Shown: positions 1 to 10,533 of the stretch, one piece after another
Position numbering within the stretch: the stretch's first letter is position 1
How the letters are laid out: each line of letters starts with the position of its first letter
From: an uncultured Rhodospirillales bacterium
Lineage (GTDB): Bacteria; Pseudomonadota; Alphaproteobacteria; Rhodospirillales; JAPHRK01
DNA length: 64,000 nucleotides
NCBI GenBank assembly: GCA_965368335.1
Contig: CBDUMN010000002.1
Location: 26,135-90,134 of the forward strand
Reading direction: 5' to 3'
Program-made: the position numbers and the translations under genes
The notes under the pieces: model-generated
Told to the model about the DNA's origin: nothing
The model's database searches: none
The model's input: only the letters and a program-made list of their open reading frames with translations

Positions 1-68
1 GGAGTTTTATTTTTCCGGATATAGTTCAGGAAAACATCCTGAACGTTTTGGGATTTTTCGGAAGCCAT
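1..68 (-). CDS. hfq: RNA chaperone Hfq, first 22 codons only; the gene runs off the window start
   Basis: The reverse complement reads MASEKSQNVQDVFLNYIRKNKT, a typical Hfq N-terminus. An AGGGG Shine-Dalgarno sits 7 nt upstream. The position near trkA/ntrYX fits alphaproteobacterial synteny. Confidence 0.75.
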   Translation of the reverse strand, partial: MASEKSQNVQDVFLNYIRKNKT

Positions 69-228
69 AGGCTTACCCCTTTTTCTTATTACCCTGTAGG
101 TGCCCGAGGAGAATTAATCGCCCCATTTGAAGTTTCGCTTTGTATCGGAATTCGCCCGCGATTTGAACCTATAATTGATAAACTCGAATAATTTTCGATT
201 TTATCGCCCAATCCCCGAATGCGAGTTC

Positions 229-888
229 CTAGAGAGTTCTAACAAGACTGAGCAGGTCCAGGCAACTCTTGAAATATATCGAGGGTTGAAAGGCGTCGAA
301 TTCTCCATGCTTGGGAGCCTGATCACGGATGAGAACCGGCACGCAGGCGCCGTTATGGGCGCACTCAAGATCGATATCGGCATCGCCAACATACCAAACG
401 TCTTCCCCCAGAGAAAAGCCAGACCCGTTAAGCGCCTGCCTCAGGGGCTCGGGATCGGGCTTATCCTGTTTAGCATCCGTCGCACCGACGATTTGACTGA
501 AATAACCGTTCCAATCTAGGTGCGCACATTCTTTTCTGAGATAGCCTCCGGTCTTATTGCTCACAACGGCGAGATAGAACCCCTGCTCTTTCAAGGCCGC
601 CAGCATCTCTCCAGCCCCTTCCTTGGGGCGAAGCATCTCAAGATGGGCTTCCTCGAAGCGGTCATAAAATATTTTAGCCGCTTCTTCCCAACGCTCGCCG
701 AACATCTCCGGAAAGCTGTCCCTTAAGGATTTGCGGACGCGGGATAGCGCCTGCTCTTTCGTCCAGGGCTCCTGCCCCATGGCGATCAGGGTAACGTTCA
801 GCGCGTCGGTGATCGCCAGCCAGTTATCAACCAGGGTATTGTCCCAGTCGAACAGAATGGCCTTAGGTCGCTTTACCGCCACGCTCAT
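229..888 (-). CDS. HAD-superfamily hydrolase (phosphoglycolate phosphatase-like)
   Basis: 219-aa ORF with HAD motif I (ILFDWDNTLVD) and a C-terminal GDADID acid motif. Confidence 0.8.
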   Translation of the reverse strand: MSVAVKRPKAILFDWDNTLVDNWLAITDALNVTLIAMGQEPWTKEQALSRVRKSLRDSFPEMFGERWEEAAKIFYDRFEEAHLEMLRPKEGAGEMLAALKEQGFYLAVVSNKTGGYLRKECAHLDWNGYFSQIVGATDAKQDKPDPEPLRQALNGSGFSLGEDVWYVGDADIDLECAHNGACVPVLIRDQAPKHGEFDAFQPSIYFKSCLDLLSLVRTL

Positions 889-1739
889 TCATCCTCTTCC
901 ATATGACGCTCATACCAATCGAGCAACGCCGTGGTCAATTTCCCAGGAGCCCCGCTTCCAATCGCATGACCGTCAATCTGCAGAACGGGTTTTACGAAAC
1001 TCGTGGTGCTGGTCAAAAAGGCCTCATCGGCTTCCAAAACATCTTTTTTGGTAAAGGCCCGTTCAACAAAAACCAACCCCTGCCGCTCAGCAATCGCAAG
1101 TACGCGTAAACGGGTAATGCCCGCCAGAATTTCAGGCCCGGTTCGACGTGTTACCACTTCACCCTTTTTGGTAACGATCCAGGCATTGCTCGACGTCCCT
1201 TCGGTAATGAAGCCCTTTTCATCGACCATCCAGGTTTCAAGAGCCCCTGCCTCCACGGCCTTTTGCTTAAGCATTGCATTAGGAAGGAGGGATATCGTTT
1301 TGATGTCGCATCTCTTCCACCTAATATCAGGCGCGGTGATGACCTTGCCACCAGTTAAAATCGTCGCTCTATCGAACGGCTTGATCGGTCGCGCGGTCAC
1401 GACGAAAGAAGGCTTTGGATTTGCCGGAAAAGCATGATTGCGCGGCGCAACCCCACGCGTCACCTGCATGTAAACCAAGCCATCGGAGATAAGGTTTCGC
1501 CGCACCATTTGCCCGAGCACGACACGAATTCCGCCTCGCGCCATGGGGCTGGGAATGGAAAGCTCAGCCAATGAGCGCTCCAAACGGTCCAGATGTTCCT
1601 TCTCATCGATCAGTCGACCTTTATGAACGCCGACGACCTCATATACTCCATCGGCGAACTGGTATCCCCTGTCCTCTATATGAACGGCGGCCCGCCGGTG
1701 GGGCACGTAGCGCCCATTGACGTAGGCAATTCTCGGCAT
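885..1739 (-). CDS. Class IV aminotransferase (D-amino-acid / branched-chain type)
   Basis: 284-aa ORF. EDRGYQFADGVYEV and the overall layout are typical of fold-type IV PLP enzymes. It overlaps the downstream HAD gene by 4 nt. Confidence 0.85.
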   Translation of the reverse strand: MPRIAYVNGRYVPHRRAAVHIEDRGYQFADGVYEVVGVHKGRLIDEKEHLDRLERSLAELSIPSPMARGGIRVVLGQMVRRNLISDGLVYMQVTRGVAPRNHAFPANPKPSFVVTARPIKPFDRATILTGGKVITAPDIRWKRCDIKTISLLPNAMLKQKAVEAGALETWMVDEKGFITEGTSSNAWIVTKKGEVVTRRTGPEILAGITRLRVLAIAERQGLVFVERAFTKKDVLEADEAFLTSTTSFVKPVLQIDGHAIGSGAPGKLTTALLDWYERHMEEDE

Positions 1740-1750
1740 TCTACGATTTC

Positions 1751-3127
1751 CTAAAAATATTCAAGCCGGACGGAGAACATCTTTTCGACCTTGCGGACCG
1801 ACTCGGCGGCGGCAAAGAGCACCACCCTGTCTTTCGCCTGAACAATCGTGCTTCCTCGTGGGCTGATCACCTTGCCTTTACGAACGACCGCGCCCAAGAC
1901 CACCCCTGGCGGCAGGTCCACGTCCTTGAGCGGCGTATTGACCAGGGGCGATGTCTCGAGCGCCTCGGCTTCGATCAACTCGCCAAAACCGTCGCGCAGA
2001 CTGTGGACCGAATGAATGCGCCCCCGTCTAACATGCTGAAGGATAGTCGAAACCGTAATCGCCCGGGGACTGACGGCAGCATCGATATCGAGCGGAGCCA
2101 ACAAGGGCTCATAGTTGCTTTTGTTGATCAGGGTGATGACACGCTGACATCCGGCCCGCTTAGCCAAGAGCGAAGACAGAATATTCGTCTCATCATCGTT
2201 GGTGACGGCAACCACGGTTTCCGTGGCCCGCACGTTGGCCTCATCGAGCAATTCGGAATCCAAGACATCGCCATTGAGAACGACGGTATTGGACAGTCTG
2301 CTGGCGATTTCCCTGGCTCTCTCCTGGTCCGCCTCGACAATTTTGGCGTTCACCCAGGGATATTCCCGCTCGATTTCTTCAGCCAAAAACAACCCGATAT
2401 TGCCGCCGCCAAAGATTAAAAGGCGTCGAGCCTCGCTTTCTTCATGACCGAAGGCGGCCATGGCGCGCGACACATGATCGCTATCGACAACGAAATAGAC
2501 CTCGTCACCCTCAATCATTTGATCTTCAGCCGTTGGGATGATCGCCTTCCCTTCCCTGATAAGGCCGATAATCACGATATTCAGATCGGGAAAAAGCTGG
2601 GTGAGTTGGCGCAGGGGCGTATTGATCAAGGGGCAGTTCTCTTCACACCGAACCCCCAATAGCTTGACCTTGTCATTGACCAGGGAAATCATATCGAACG
2701 CCCCGGGCACCTTGAGACGCCGCGTCACCGCCCGCGCCACTTCAATTTCCGGCGAAATAATCACATCGATGGGCATATGCTCACGGGAGAACAGATTGGC
2801 CCAGATCGGCCTCAAATAACTCTGGTGGCGAACGCGGGCGATCTTCGTCGGCACGTCGAACAATGAATGAGCCACCTGGCAGGCAATCATGTTGACTTCG
2901 TCGGCATAGGTCACCGCGATCATCATGTCCGCATCGGCCGCCCCGGCGGCTTCAAGCACGTCCGGCAAGGATGCTTGGCCAACAACGCCTTGGCAATCCA
3001 GACTATCTTTGATTTTACGAACCAACTCGGCGGACTGGTCGATGACCGTGACATCGTTGTCTTCAATCGCCAAATAGCGGGCAATATTAAAACCAACCTG
3101 CCCCGCGCCGCATACGATGACTTTCAT
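1751..3127 (-). CDS. trkA: Trk potassium uptake system NAD-binding subunit TrkA
   Basis: 458 aa with two Rossmann GxGxxG motifs (VCGAGQVG and IFGGGNIG) and a duplicated TrkA-N/TrkA-C architecture. Confidence 0.9.
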   Translation of the reverse strand: MKVIVCGAGQVGFNIARYLAIEDNDVTVIDQSAELVRKIKDSLDCQGVVGQASLPDVLEAAGAADADMMIAVTYADEVNMIACQVAHSLFDVPTKIARVRHQSYLRPIWANLFSREHMPIDVIISPEIEVARAVTRRLKVPGAFDMISLVNDKVKLLGVRCEENCPLINTPLRQLTQLFPDLNIVIIGLIREGKAIIPTAEDQMIEGDEVYFVVDSDHVSRAMAAFGHEESEARRLLIFGGGNIGLFLAEEIEREYPWVNAKIVEADQERAREIASRLSNTVVLNGDVLDSELLDEANVRATETVVAVTNDDETNILSSLLAKRAGCQRVITLINKSNYEPLLAPLDIDAAVSPRAITVSTILQHVRRGRIHSVHSLRDGFGELIEAEALETSPLVNTPLKDVDLPPGVVLGAVVRKGKVISPRGSTIVQAKDRVVLFAAAESVRKVEKMFSVRLEYF

Positions 3128-3166
3128 AATCCTGGTATCCCTGCCCTGTCCCTCTGACGCGCCAAA

Positions 3167-4564
3167 TTAACCGTTGGCGTTGGACTTGTCTTCACTGGTA
3201 ATGCCGAGGCTTTTGAGCTTCCGGTGCAATGCTGAGCGCTCCATGCCGACAAAAGACGCCGTACGGGAGATATTTCCGCCAAAACGGCTAACCTGCGCCT
3301 GCAAGTATTCGCGCTCGAACACCTCCCTGGCTTCACGCAACGGCATACTCATGATTTCCCCGGTCCGATCCAAGCTCATAGCTTCTCCCGACCCGGCCTC
3401 AAGAACCGAAGAAAGCATATCCGCTCTGATTTTTTCTTCAGAACCTCCGGGCGCCATGATCAACAACCGCTCAACCAAATTCTTCAACTCACGCACGTTG
3501 CCGGGCCACTCATAGGACTGCATAGCCGCCAAGGCATCGTCACCGAGTTGTCTAGAAGGTTGACCCGTGCTTTGGGACGCCACAACCATGAAATGCTCTG
3601 CAAGGAGAGGAATATCCTCACGTCTTTCCGTTAAACCCGGCAAGCTAATAGGCACGACGCTCAACCGGTAGAAAAGATCCTCGCGGAACCGTCCTACAGC
3701 AATTTCGTCGGTCAGGTTTCTGGCTGTCGAAGCGATAACCCGAACGTCGACTTCGACTTTTTTTTGACCGCCAACTCTTAAAAAGGTTTGCTCCTGCAAG
3801 GCCCGAACAATTTTCCCCTGTGTTTCCAGAGGCATATCGACCACTTCATCGAGAAAAAGCGTCCCATTATGGGCTTGCTCAAACGTTCCGACCTTTCCCG
3901 GCCCTCGAGTTGGAGAGGGCTCGACGCCGAACAACTCTTCTTCCATTCGCTCCGGCGCCATGGTCGCGCAATTTAGTGCAACGAAAGGTCCGGCCGCTCG
4001 ACTGGATTGCCGATGGATCAGACGAGCCGCCACTTCCTTGCCGGACCCAGCTGGGCCGGAGATCAAAACCCGGCTGTTGGTCGGCGCAACTTTTTCAACA
4101 GCTTGGCGCACGGCATTCACGGCCGGGGATGAGCCAATCAGGTCGTATTGCCCCCCAGCCCTGACTTTAAGCTCTTCGTTTTCACGCTTCAGACGGGTCG
4201 ACTCGATAGCCCGCTCGAGAATCAAAATCAGACGATCCGTCTTAAAGGGCTTTTCAATGAAATCGTAAGCACCGATTTTCAGGGCGGAAACCGCTGTCTC
4301 AATGGTTCCATGACCGCTCATCATCACAACCGGCAGATCGGCATGTTCGGCCTTAATCGCCTCAAGGATACCTAGGCCATCCAATTGACTGCCCTGAAGC
4401 CAGATATCCAGTAAAACCAAGCTTGGTCGCCGGGTTTTAATCGATTCAAGCGCCTCGGTGCTGTTGGCCGCTTCCCGTGTCTGGTAGCCCTCATCCTCCA
4501 AAATACCGGAGGTCAGCACCCTGATGTCGGCTTCATCGTCAACTATGAGAATATCATAAGCCAT
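3167..4564 (-). CDS. ntrX: Sigma-54-dependent response regulator NtrX
   Basis: 465 aa with a receiver domain (ILIVDDEADIR), an AAA+ core (GPAGSGKE, GAFTG-like region) and a C-terminal HTH. It lies directly downstream of the ntrY-like kinase. Confidence 0.85.
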   Translation of the reverse strand: MAYDILIVDDEADIRVLTSGILEDEGYQTREAANSTEALESIKTRRPSLVLLDIWLQGSQLDGLGILEAIKAEHADLPVVMMSGHGTIETAVSALKIGAYDFIEKPFKTDRLILILERAIESTRLKRENEELKVRAGGQYDLIGSSPAVNAVRQAVEKVAPTNSRVLISGPAGSGKEVAARLIHRQSSRAAGPFVALNCATMAPERMEEELFGVEPSPTRGPGKVGTFEQAHNGTLFLDEVVDMPLETQGKIVRALQEQTFLRVGGQKKVEVDVRVIASTARNLTDEIAVGRFREDLFYRLSVVPISLPGLTERREDIPLLAEHFMVVASQSTGQPSRQLGDDALAAMQSYEWPGNVRELKNLVERLLIMAPGGSEEKIRADMLSSVLEAGSGEAMSLDRTGEIMSMPLREAREVFEREYLQAQVSRFGGNISRTASFVGMERSALHRKLKSLGITSEDKSNANG

Positions 4565-6833
4565 CGGTTGTCAGCTTGATTGCCATATCCATTGGTTCTT
4601 CCCGAGACCCGGCGGAAGCCGAATCGTCAGAATTTTCTACGCCCTGGCTATCCCTATCAACGTGAGGAAATACAAGGGTTACGGTAGCTCCTCCCCCTTC
4701 TCGGTCGTCAAGTATAAGGTCGCCATCGTGCTCTTCCATGATTTTTTTAACGATAGCAAGCCCCAGGCCGGTCCCTTTCTCCCGCGTCGTTACATAAGGT
4801 TCCGTTAAGCGGCCGCGCAAATCCTTGGGAAAACCGGGGCCGTTGTCCTCGATATGAACCGTGACGACATCCGGTTCGGTCGTCAGGGTCAACGCGACGA
4901 ACCGACCGCCTTCTCTTTCGACCGCACCCAACGATTCGGCTGCATTCTTCAACAAATTGGTCAAGGCCCTGCCAATTTGTTTTTCATCGCACAGAACAAT
5001 GACATCTTCTTCGGGAACGTCGGCTCTGAATTCGATGTCGCTATTGCGATTTTTTTCAAGAAAAACGGTTTCACGACACAACTGCTTGAGGTTGGTAGGA
5101 GCGAGAACCGGCTGCGGCATTCTGGCAAATGAAGAAAATTCATCAACCATCCGCCCAATATCCTCCACATGCCGCACGATGGTTTGCGTACAAAGCTCGA
5201 AGGTCTCTTTGTCCTCTTCAATCCGGTCGAGATATTTACGCTTTAAACGTTCTGCGGAGAGTTGAATGGGCGTCAGAGGGTTTTTGATCTCATGGGCTAT
5301 CCGACGCGCCACATCGGCCCAGGCCGCGGTTCTTTGGGCTGATTGCAACTCCGTGATGTCATCGAAGGTCACGACGTATCCCAAGACCTCCTGTTCCATG
5401 AGTTCCGCAGCAATCCGCGTCAGCAGGATCATTTTTTTCTCACCCCGGATAAGCGAGATTTCTCCTTGAGCGCTTCGTTCTGGGCGGCGCATGACATTCA
5501 GCAACAGGTCCCTCATTTCAGGGACTGCTTCTCCAAAAGGTTTCCCCTCAAGATCCTCTAGACCGGTTGCCAATAGTGCGCAGGCGGACCGGTTAGGCAG
5601 ATGGATCAATCCCTCCCGATCCAAACCAATTACACCGGCGCTAACGCCGGAAAGGACGGTTTCAGTAAACCGGCGTCGCTCATCAAGTTCCCGGTTGGCA
5701 TCTACCAGTCCTTTTCGCTGAGTCTCCAATTGGCTGGTCATACGGTTGAAGGCCCTATTGAGGGTGTCGATCTCATCGCCCCCCTCAAGCAGGGAAACTC
5801 GAGCCGACATGTCCCCTTTGCGGATACGCTCCGACGCCGAAATCAATTGCCCAATCGGTGCGGCTAGTCGGTTGGCCATGACCAGCCCAAACCACCCCGC
5901 CACCAACAGCAACAAAATCGCCACAAGAGCGAAGATCATGACGAAGGTGATCTGAATACCTTCGCGTTTTTCCTCGATATCTTTGTAGCGTTTCACTGCC
6001 CCTTCGGTTTTTTCGATGTGCTCGAAAACCTTCGGGTCGACGAAACGTCCAACAAGTAAATAAGAATCGACAAACCGGTCGAGCCGGGTAATCGCCCGCA
6101 CCCGATCTTCGTTTTCTCCCGTCAGAATAACCACATCGCCGGATTGCGCCTTATCCAACGCCTCCAAGGGCACCTGATCGAATTCCAACGAAAAGCTCAA
6201 AGAGGAACGCGCCAGGATTTTTCCACCCCGGTCCAACACGACCAACTCGGGCACAGTTCGGATAGCGCCAACCGTATCGAGGAAACGGCTCATTTCGTAA
6301 GACGATTGCATCAATCGTGGAGCGTTGTTGTTGATATCGGCCGCAACCGCCAAAACATCTGCCTTGATCGCTTTGCGGTGCTCGTGCAGATAAGCGCGAA
6401 CAACCTCCCTGGACTCCATAACCGCTGTGAAAACCTTGTCGCTAAACCAAGCCTGAATACCGAAATTCAGGAAGAGACCGGCAAACACGGCGACAATGAT
6501 CGAGGGCGTCACGGCGACCAGGCTGAACATGAGCAGGAACCGCGTATGCAGCTTAGACCCCGCAACCCCTTTACGCCGTTCCAGCCAAATCGTCATCAAC
6601 CGTCTGGCGATAATCGCGCCAAGGCCTAGCAACAAGATGACATCGAGATAAAGAAGGATCAGCACCACTTTGGGATTCATGGCCTCTGGCCCTGTCCCTG
6701 CCATACTGACCAATGTGGCAACCCCGGAGACCGCCGCCGCGCCGGCAAAAGCAAAAGCGACTTTGCGGCTCAGTCCCGTTTTACGGGACCAGCTGCTAAA
6801 TCGCCTCAAAGGGTCAACGGGTCTGGGGTCCAT
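4554..6833 (-). CDS. ntrY: Sensor histidine kinase NtrY
   Basis: 759 aa with N-terminal TM helices, HAMP and PAS regions, an H-box (AHEIKNPLTPI) and an HATPase domain (GTGLGLAIV). Confidence 0.85.
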   Translation of the reverse strand: MDPRPVDPLRRFSSWSRKTGLSRKVAFAFAGAAAVSGVATLVSMAGTGPEAMNPKVVLILLYLDVILLLGLGAIIARRLMTIWLERRKGVAGSKLHTRFLLMFSLVAVTPSIIVAVFAGLFLNFGIQAWFSDKVFTAVMESREVVRAYLHEHRKAIKADVLAVAADINNNAPRLMQSSYEMSRFLDTVGAIRTVPELVVLDRGGKILARSSLSFSLEFDQVPLEALDKAQSGDVVILTGENEDRVRAITRLDRFVDSYLLVGRFVDPKVFEHIEKTEGAVKRYKDIEEKREGIQITFVMIFALVAILLLLVAGWFGLVMANRLAAPIGQLISASERIRKGDMSARVSLLEGGDEIDTLNRAFNRMTSQLETQRKGLVDANRELDERRRFTETVLSGVSAGVIGLDREGLIHLPNRSACALLATGLEDLEGKPFGEAVPEMRDLLLNVMRRPERSAQGEISLIRGEKKMILLTRIAAELMEQEVLGYVVTFDDITELQSAQRTAAWADVARRIAHEIKNPLTPIQLSAERLKRKYLDRIEEDKETFELCTQTIVRHVEDIGRMVDEFSSFARMPQPVLAPTNLKQLCRETVFLEKNRNSDIEFRADVPEEDVIVLCDEKQIGRALTNLLKNAAESLGAVEREGGRFVALTLTTEPDVVTVHIEDNGPGFPKDLRGRLTEPYVTTREKGTGLGLAIVKKIMEEHDGDLILDDREGGGATVTLVFPHVDRDSQGVENSDDSASAGSREEPMDMAIKLTTDGL

Positions 6834-6844
6834 ACTATCACTGC

Positions 6845-8296
6845 CTAAAGATCGTTTTTCCCGCCCCGAACCACCGGGATGCCGAGAACTTTTATTTTCT
6901 TACGCAAGGTATTGCGGTTTAACCCCAAAAGATCGGCCGCCTTGACTTGATTGCCCCGTGTCGCCTCCAGACAAATGCTAATCAACGGCCGTTCGATTTC
7001 CCGCAGAATACGATCATATAGCCCTGCCGCCGGCAAGGAATCGCCGTGGGCGTTAAAATATTCCCGCACATGGCGATCGACGAGATCGCTGAGCCCTTCC
7101 CCCTCAGAAGACTTGCTGCTTACCGCGCCGGAAGTTCCCGCCAATTCCGTCTCAATGGCCTCAACGCCAATTTCTTCTTCCGAATAGAGCGCCGCCAAAC
7201 GCCTGATAAGGTTTTCCAGCTCCCGCACGTTCCCCGGCCAACGATAGGTTTTCAACCGCTCCATAGCGGACGACTGCACGGTTTTCCAAGGCAAACCTTC
7301 TTCCGTCGCCTGAGAAAGGAAGTGATTGACCAGTTCGGGGATATCCTCAACTCGCTCACGAAGCGGCGGCAACCGTATGGGCACCACATTCAAGCGGTAA
7401 TAAAGGTCTTCACGGAAAAGCCCCTGACGGATCAACTGGCTCAAATCCCTATGGGTCGCCGCAATAATCCGTACGTCTGTTTTAATCGGCGTTCGACCGC
7501 CCACGGTCGTATATTCGCCCTCTTGAAGCACTCGCAGCAAACGCGTCTGGGCTTCCGGCGGCATATCGCCAATTTCATCGAGGAAGAGCGTCCCGCCTTC
7601 AGCCTGCTCAAAACAACCGACAGATCGGGACACGGCGCCGGTAAACGCCCCTTTTTCATGACCAAACAACTCACTCTCGATCAAATCGCGTGGAATAGCC
7701 GCCATATTAACCGCGATAAACGGCTTGTTCCTGCGCTTACCGTAGTTGTGAAGAGCTTTGGCGATCAATTCCTTACCGGTTCCCGATTCCCCCGTAATCA
7801 TAACGGCGAGATCTGTTCCCATAAGCCGCGCCAGGGTGCGATAGATTTCCTGCATCGCAGGCGAACGACCAATTAACGGGAGGCGATCGTCCACATCGTC
7901 ATCTGTATTATCAGCATTTACCCCTGCCTTGCTTTCCTTGAGCGCCCTCTCAACAACAGACGTCAACTCTTTGAGATCAAAAGGTTTTGGTAGATATTCA
8001 AATGCGCCGCGTTCGGTCGCTTTAACCGCTGTCATCAGGGTGCTATGGGCCGAGATGACAATAATACGGAGATCGGGACGGAGTTTTTTGATTCGCGGAA
8101 TTAGATCGAGGCCGTTTTCATCAGGCATACGAACATCGGTAATAACCAAATCGCCTTGCCCATCAGCAACCCAGCGCCAAAGCGTTGACGCATTTCCCGT
8201 CGCACGAACCTCGTACCCTTCCCGCCCCAAGGCCTGATTGATTACCGTGCGGATGGCCGCATCATCATCGGCGACCAGGATGGTTTCATTGCTCAT
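6845..8296 (-). CDS. ntrC: Nitrogen regulation protein NR(I), NtrC
   Basis: 483 aa with a receiver domain, a sigma-54 interaction domain ([23 protein letters not shown]) and a Fis-type HTH. Confidence 0.9.
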   Translation of the reverse strand: MSNETILVADDDAAIRTVINQALGREGYEVRATGNASTLWRWVADGQGDLVITDVRMPDENGLDLIPRIKKLRPDLRIIVISAHSTLMTAVKATERGAFEYLPKPFDLKELTSVVERALKESKAGVNADNTDDDVDDRLPLIGRSPAMQEIYRTLARLMGTDLAVMITGESGTGKELIAKALHNYGKRRNKPFIAVNMAAIPRDLIESELFGHEKGAFTGAVSRSVGCFEQAEGGTLFLDEIGDMPPEAQTRLLRVLQEGEYTTVGGRTPIKTDVRIIAATHRDLSQLIRQGLFREDLYYRLNVVPIRLPPLRERVEDIPELVNHFLSQATEEGLPWKTVQSSAMERLKTYRWPGNVRELENLIRRLAALYSEEEIGVEAIETELAGTSGAVSSKSSEGEGLSDLVDRHVREYFNAHGDSLPAAGLYDRILREIERPLISICLEATRGNQVKAADLLGLNRNTLRKKIKVLGIPVVRGGKNDL

Positions 8297-8299
8297 ATC

Positions 8300-9421
8300 T
8301 TATAGTTCCGCATTGTTTTCACTTGCCACCAGTTCGGCAGGCGCTACCGGCAACATTATTTTGAAAAGGGTTCGATTGGGTTGGCTATCGCATTCAATGA
8401 CCCCACCATGATCGTTGATGATTTTGGCGACCAAAGCCAAACCAAGCCCACTTCCATTGGTTTTCGTCGAAACGAAGGGCTCAAACAGATGAGGGCGAAC
8501 ATCTTCGGGGATGCCTTCACCATTGTCTTGAATGGTCACCATAAGCGGCAAATGCACCTTGGTTTTGGTGCCTGGCACGACAAAGCTCACACCATGCTGG
8601 TAAGACGTTGAGATGATAATTTCACCGCCCTTTTTAGGCACTGCCTCAGCCGCATTCTTAATGAGGTTGAGAAACACCTGAATCAATTGATCCCGAACGC
8701 CATAGACCGGAGGCAGGGATGGATCGTAATTCTCCACATATCGAACTGTCGCGCCAAAACCATTCTTGGCGATTTTGCGTACATGCTCCAAAACCCGGTG
8801 AATATTAACCGGCTCACGATCAATGGGCCGCTGATCGGTAAACACCTCCAGCCGATCAACAAGCGCGCAGATTCGGTCGGTTTCAGTGCAAATCAACCGC
8901 GTTAGCTCTTGATCTTCCGGTGTCGCATTCTGCTCAACAAGCTGAGCCGCTCCTCGAATACCCGACAGAGGGTTCTTAACTTCATGGGCCAGCATGGCCG
9001 CCAAGGCCGTAACCGAACGGGCAGCCCCCCTGTGAGAAAGCTGCTTGGCGATCTTATCGGCGAAGGAGCGCTGATGGATGGAAAGAACGATATGACCGGG
9101 CCGACCGCTCAATTGAGACGCCTGGATATTGACGAAATGCTTGCCTATTCTGGGAGAATCAAGGGTTACGCCATATTCGGAAACGGCGAGTCTGGCGTTC
9201 CTCGCCTGATCGATCAGGCCGTACATGGGATGGTCTGACGGAACGAACTCATCCAAAGATCGATCTTTCAGATAAGCAGCACTTGCGCCAAACAGCTGCT
9301 CCCCCGCCCCATTGACGAATTCGATCAGATTTGCAGGCCCGACCACTAAGACGGAGGCTGAAAGCGAGCCAAGAACGGCTTCAAAATCAATCTCGCCACC
9401 CCCATTCTCAATCCCGTTCAT
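8300..9421 (-). CDS. ntrB: Nitrogen regulation histidine kinase NtrB
   Basis: PAS domain, H-box (AHEVKNPLSGI) and HATPase domain. I chose the ATG at 9421 because it overlaps the dusB stop by 1 nt (TGATG). The ORF track begins 21 nt further upstream. Confidence 0.85.
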   Translation of the reverse strand: MNGIENGGGEIDFEAVLGSLSASVLVVGPANLIEFVNGAGEQLFGASAAYLKDRSLDEFVPSDHPMYGLIDQARNARLAVSEYGVTLDSPRIGKHFVNIQASQLSGRPGHIVLSIHQRSFADKIAKQLSHRGAARSVTALAAMLAHEVKNPLSGIRGAAQLVEQNATPEDQELTRLICTETDRICALVDRLEVFTDQRPIDREPVNIHRVLEHVRKIAKNGFGATVRYVENYDPSLPPVYGVRDQLIQVFLNLIKNAAEAVPKKGGEIIISTSYQHGVSFVVPGTKTKVHLPLMVTIQDNGEGIPEDVRPHLFEPFVSTKTNGSGLGLALVAKIINDHGGVIECDSQPNRTLFKIMLPVAPAELVASENNAEL

Positions 9422-10407
9422 CAGGCCGCATCCTTTTCGCAAAGCGGCAGATAAAAAGCATCAATTAAGGAAAGCACCTGTAGAGGGTCGTCCAAAGTGT
9501 TGATTTCAGAGCGAAATTCAGCAGAACCAGGCAGCCCTTTCGAATACCAACCCAGGTGCTTTCTGGCAATTCTGACCCCACCGCGTTCGCCGTAATGCTC
9601 AAGCATCATTTTGTAGTGCTCGACAACGACGGCATATTGGTCTTCCAGTTTTGGCTCATCCGGCACTTGGCCTGTTTCCAGGTACTTGGCGACCAACCCC
9701 GGGAACCAGGGACGACCATAGCACCCACGGCCAATCATGACGCCGTCTGCACCGGACTGATCCAGGAGTTTCCTGGCTTTTTCGTAACTGGTGACGTCGC
9801 CATTACCAATCACCGGAACGCTCACCGCCTGCTTAACCTCGCCAATGGCCCGCCAGTCGGCTTGCCCTTTATAGAATTGGCTCCGAGTGCGGCCATGCAC
9901 TGTCAGGGCAACCGCCCCACAGCCTTCGGCGATCCGAGCCAACGAAACCGCATTGCGATTTGAATCGTCCCACCCCAAGCGCATCTTCACCGTGACCGGC
10001 AGTTTGACCGTCTTGACTACGGCTTCGACGATGCGGCCAGCCAAAGCTTCATCTTTCATCAAGGCTGCGCCGGCGTCGCCTTTAGTGACCTTCTTAACCG
10101 GGCAGCCCATATTGATATCGATAATCGCCGCTCCGCGGTCTTCGTTCATCCTTGCCGCCTCGGCCATGGCCTCGGGCTCGCATCCGGCAAGCTGAACGGC
10201 AATGGGATGCTCATCTTCACAATTGGTCGACATTTTGAGGGTTTTCTCATTGGCTCGGATCATCGCCTGACTGGCGATCATTTCGGAAACCACCAGACCC
10301 GCGCCATGCCGTTTGACGAGACGCCGAAACGGCATATCGGACACTCCCGACATGGGGGCTAAAATCACTGGATTGTCCAGGCGCACCGGCCCGATAAGAA
10401 GCGACAT
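9421..10407 (-). CDS. dusB: tRNA-dihydrouridine synthase B (NifR3 family)
   Basis: 328 aa with Dus TIM-barrel motifs (LAPMSGVSDMPFR, DINMGCP). It holds the classical nifR3-ntrBC position. Confidence 0.9.
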   Translation of the reverse strand: MSLLIGPVRLDNPVILAPMSGVSDMPFRRLVKRHGAGLVVSEMIASQAMIRANEKTLKMSTNCEDEHPIAVQLAGCEPEAMAEAARMNEDRGAAIIDINMGCPVKKVTKGDAGAALMKDEALAGRIVEAVVKTVKLPVTVKMRLGWDDSNRNAVSLARIAEGCGAVALTVHGRTRSQFYKGQADWRAIGEVKQAVSVPVIGNGDVTSYEKARKLLDQSGADGVMIGRGCYGRPWFPGLVAKYLETGQVPDEPKLEDQYAVVVEHYKMMLEHYGERGGVRIARKHLGWYSKGLPGSAEFRSEINTLDDPLQVLSLIDAFYLPLCEKDAA

Positions 10408-10533
10408 TTTTAAGCACCAAAGTGAGATGTTTGTTTTTTAGGCAATTTCTGCGCTAAATGCAAGAAACAGAGTACGGTTCTAGCCGGGGGTCGGATGGTT
10501 TTCGGCAGAACTATAAAGCGGCTCAACCAGACC

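Noticed and set aside
175-519. A 114-aa plus-strand ORF at the window start
   Set aside because: It is antisense to the HAD hydrolase gene, whose motifs are clear.
7046-7876. Long antisense ORFs opposite ntrC (7046..7876), glyA (42233..42958), ribBA (38865..39659), hemB (54597..55304) and ribD (40214..40876)
   Set aside because: Each lies fully inside a confidently identified gene on the other strand. All have Arg/Gly/His-rich unnatural composition and no start context.
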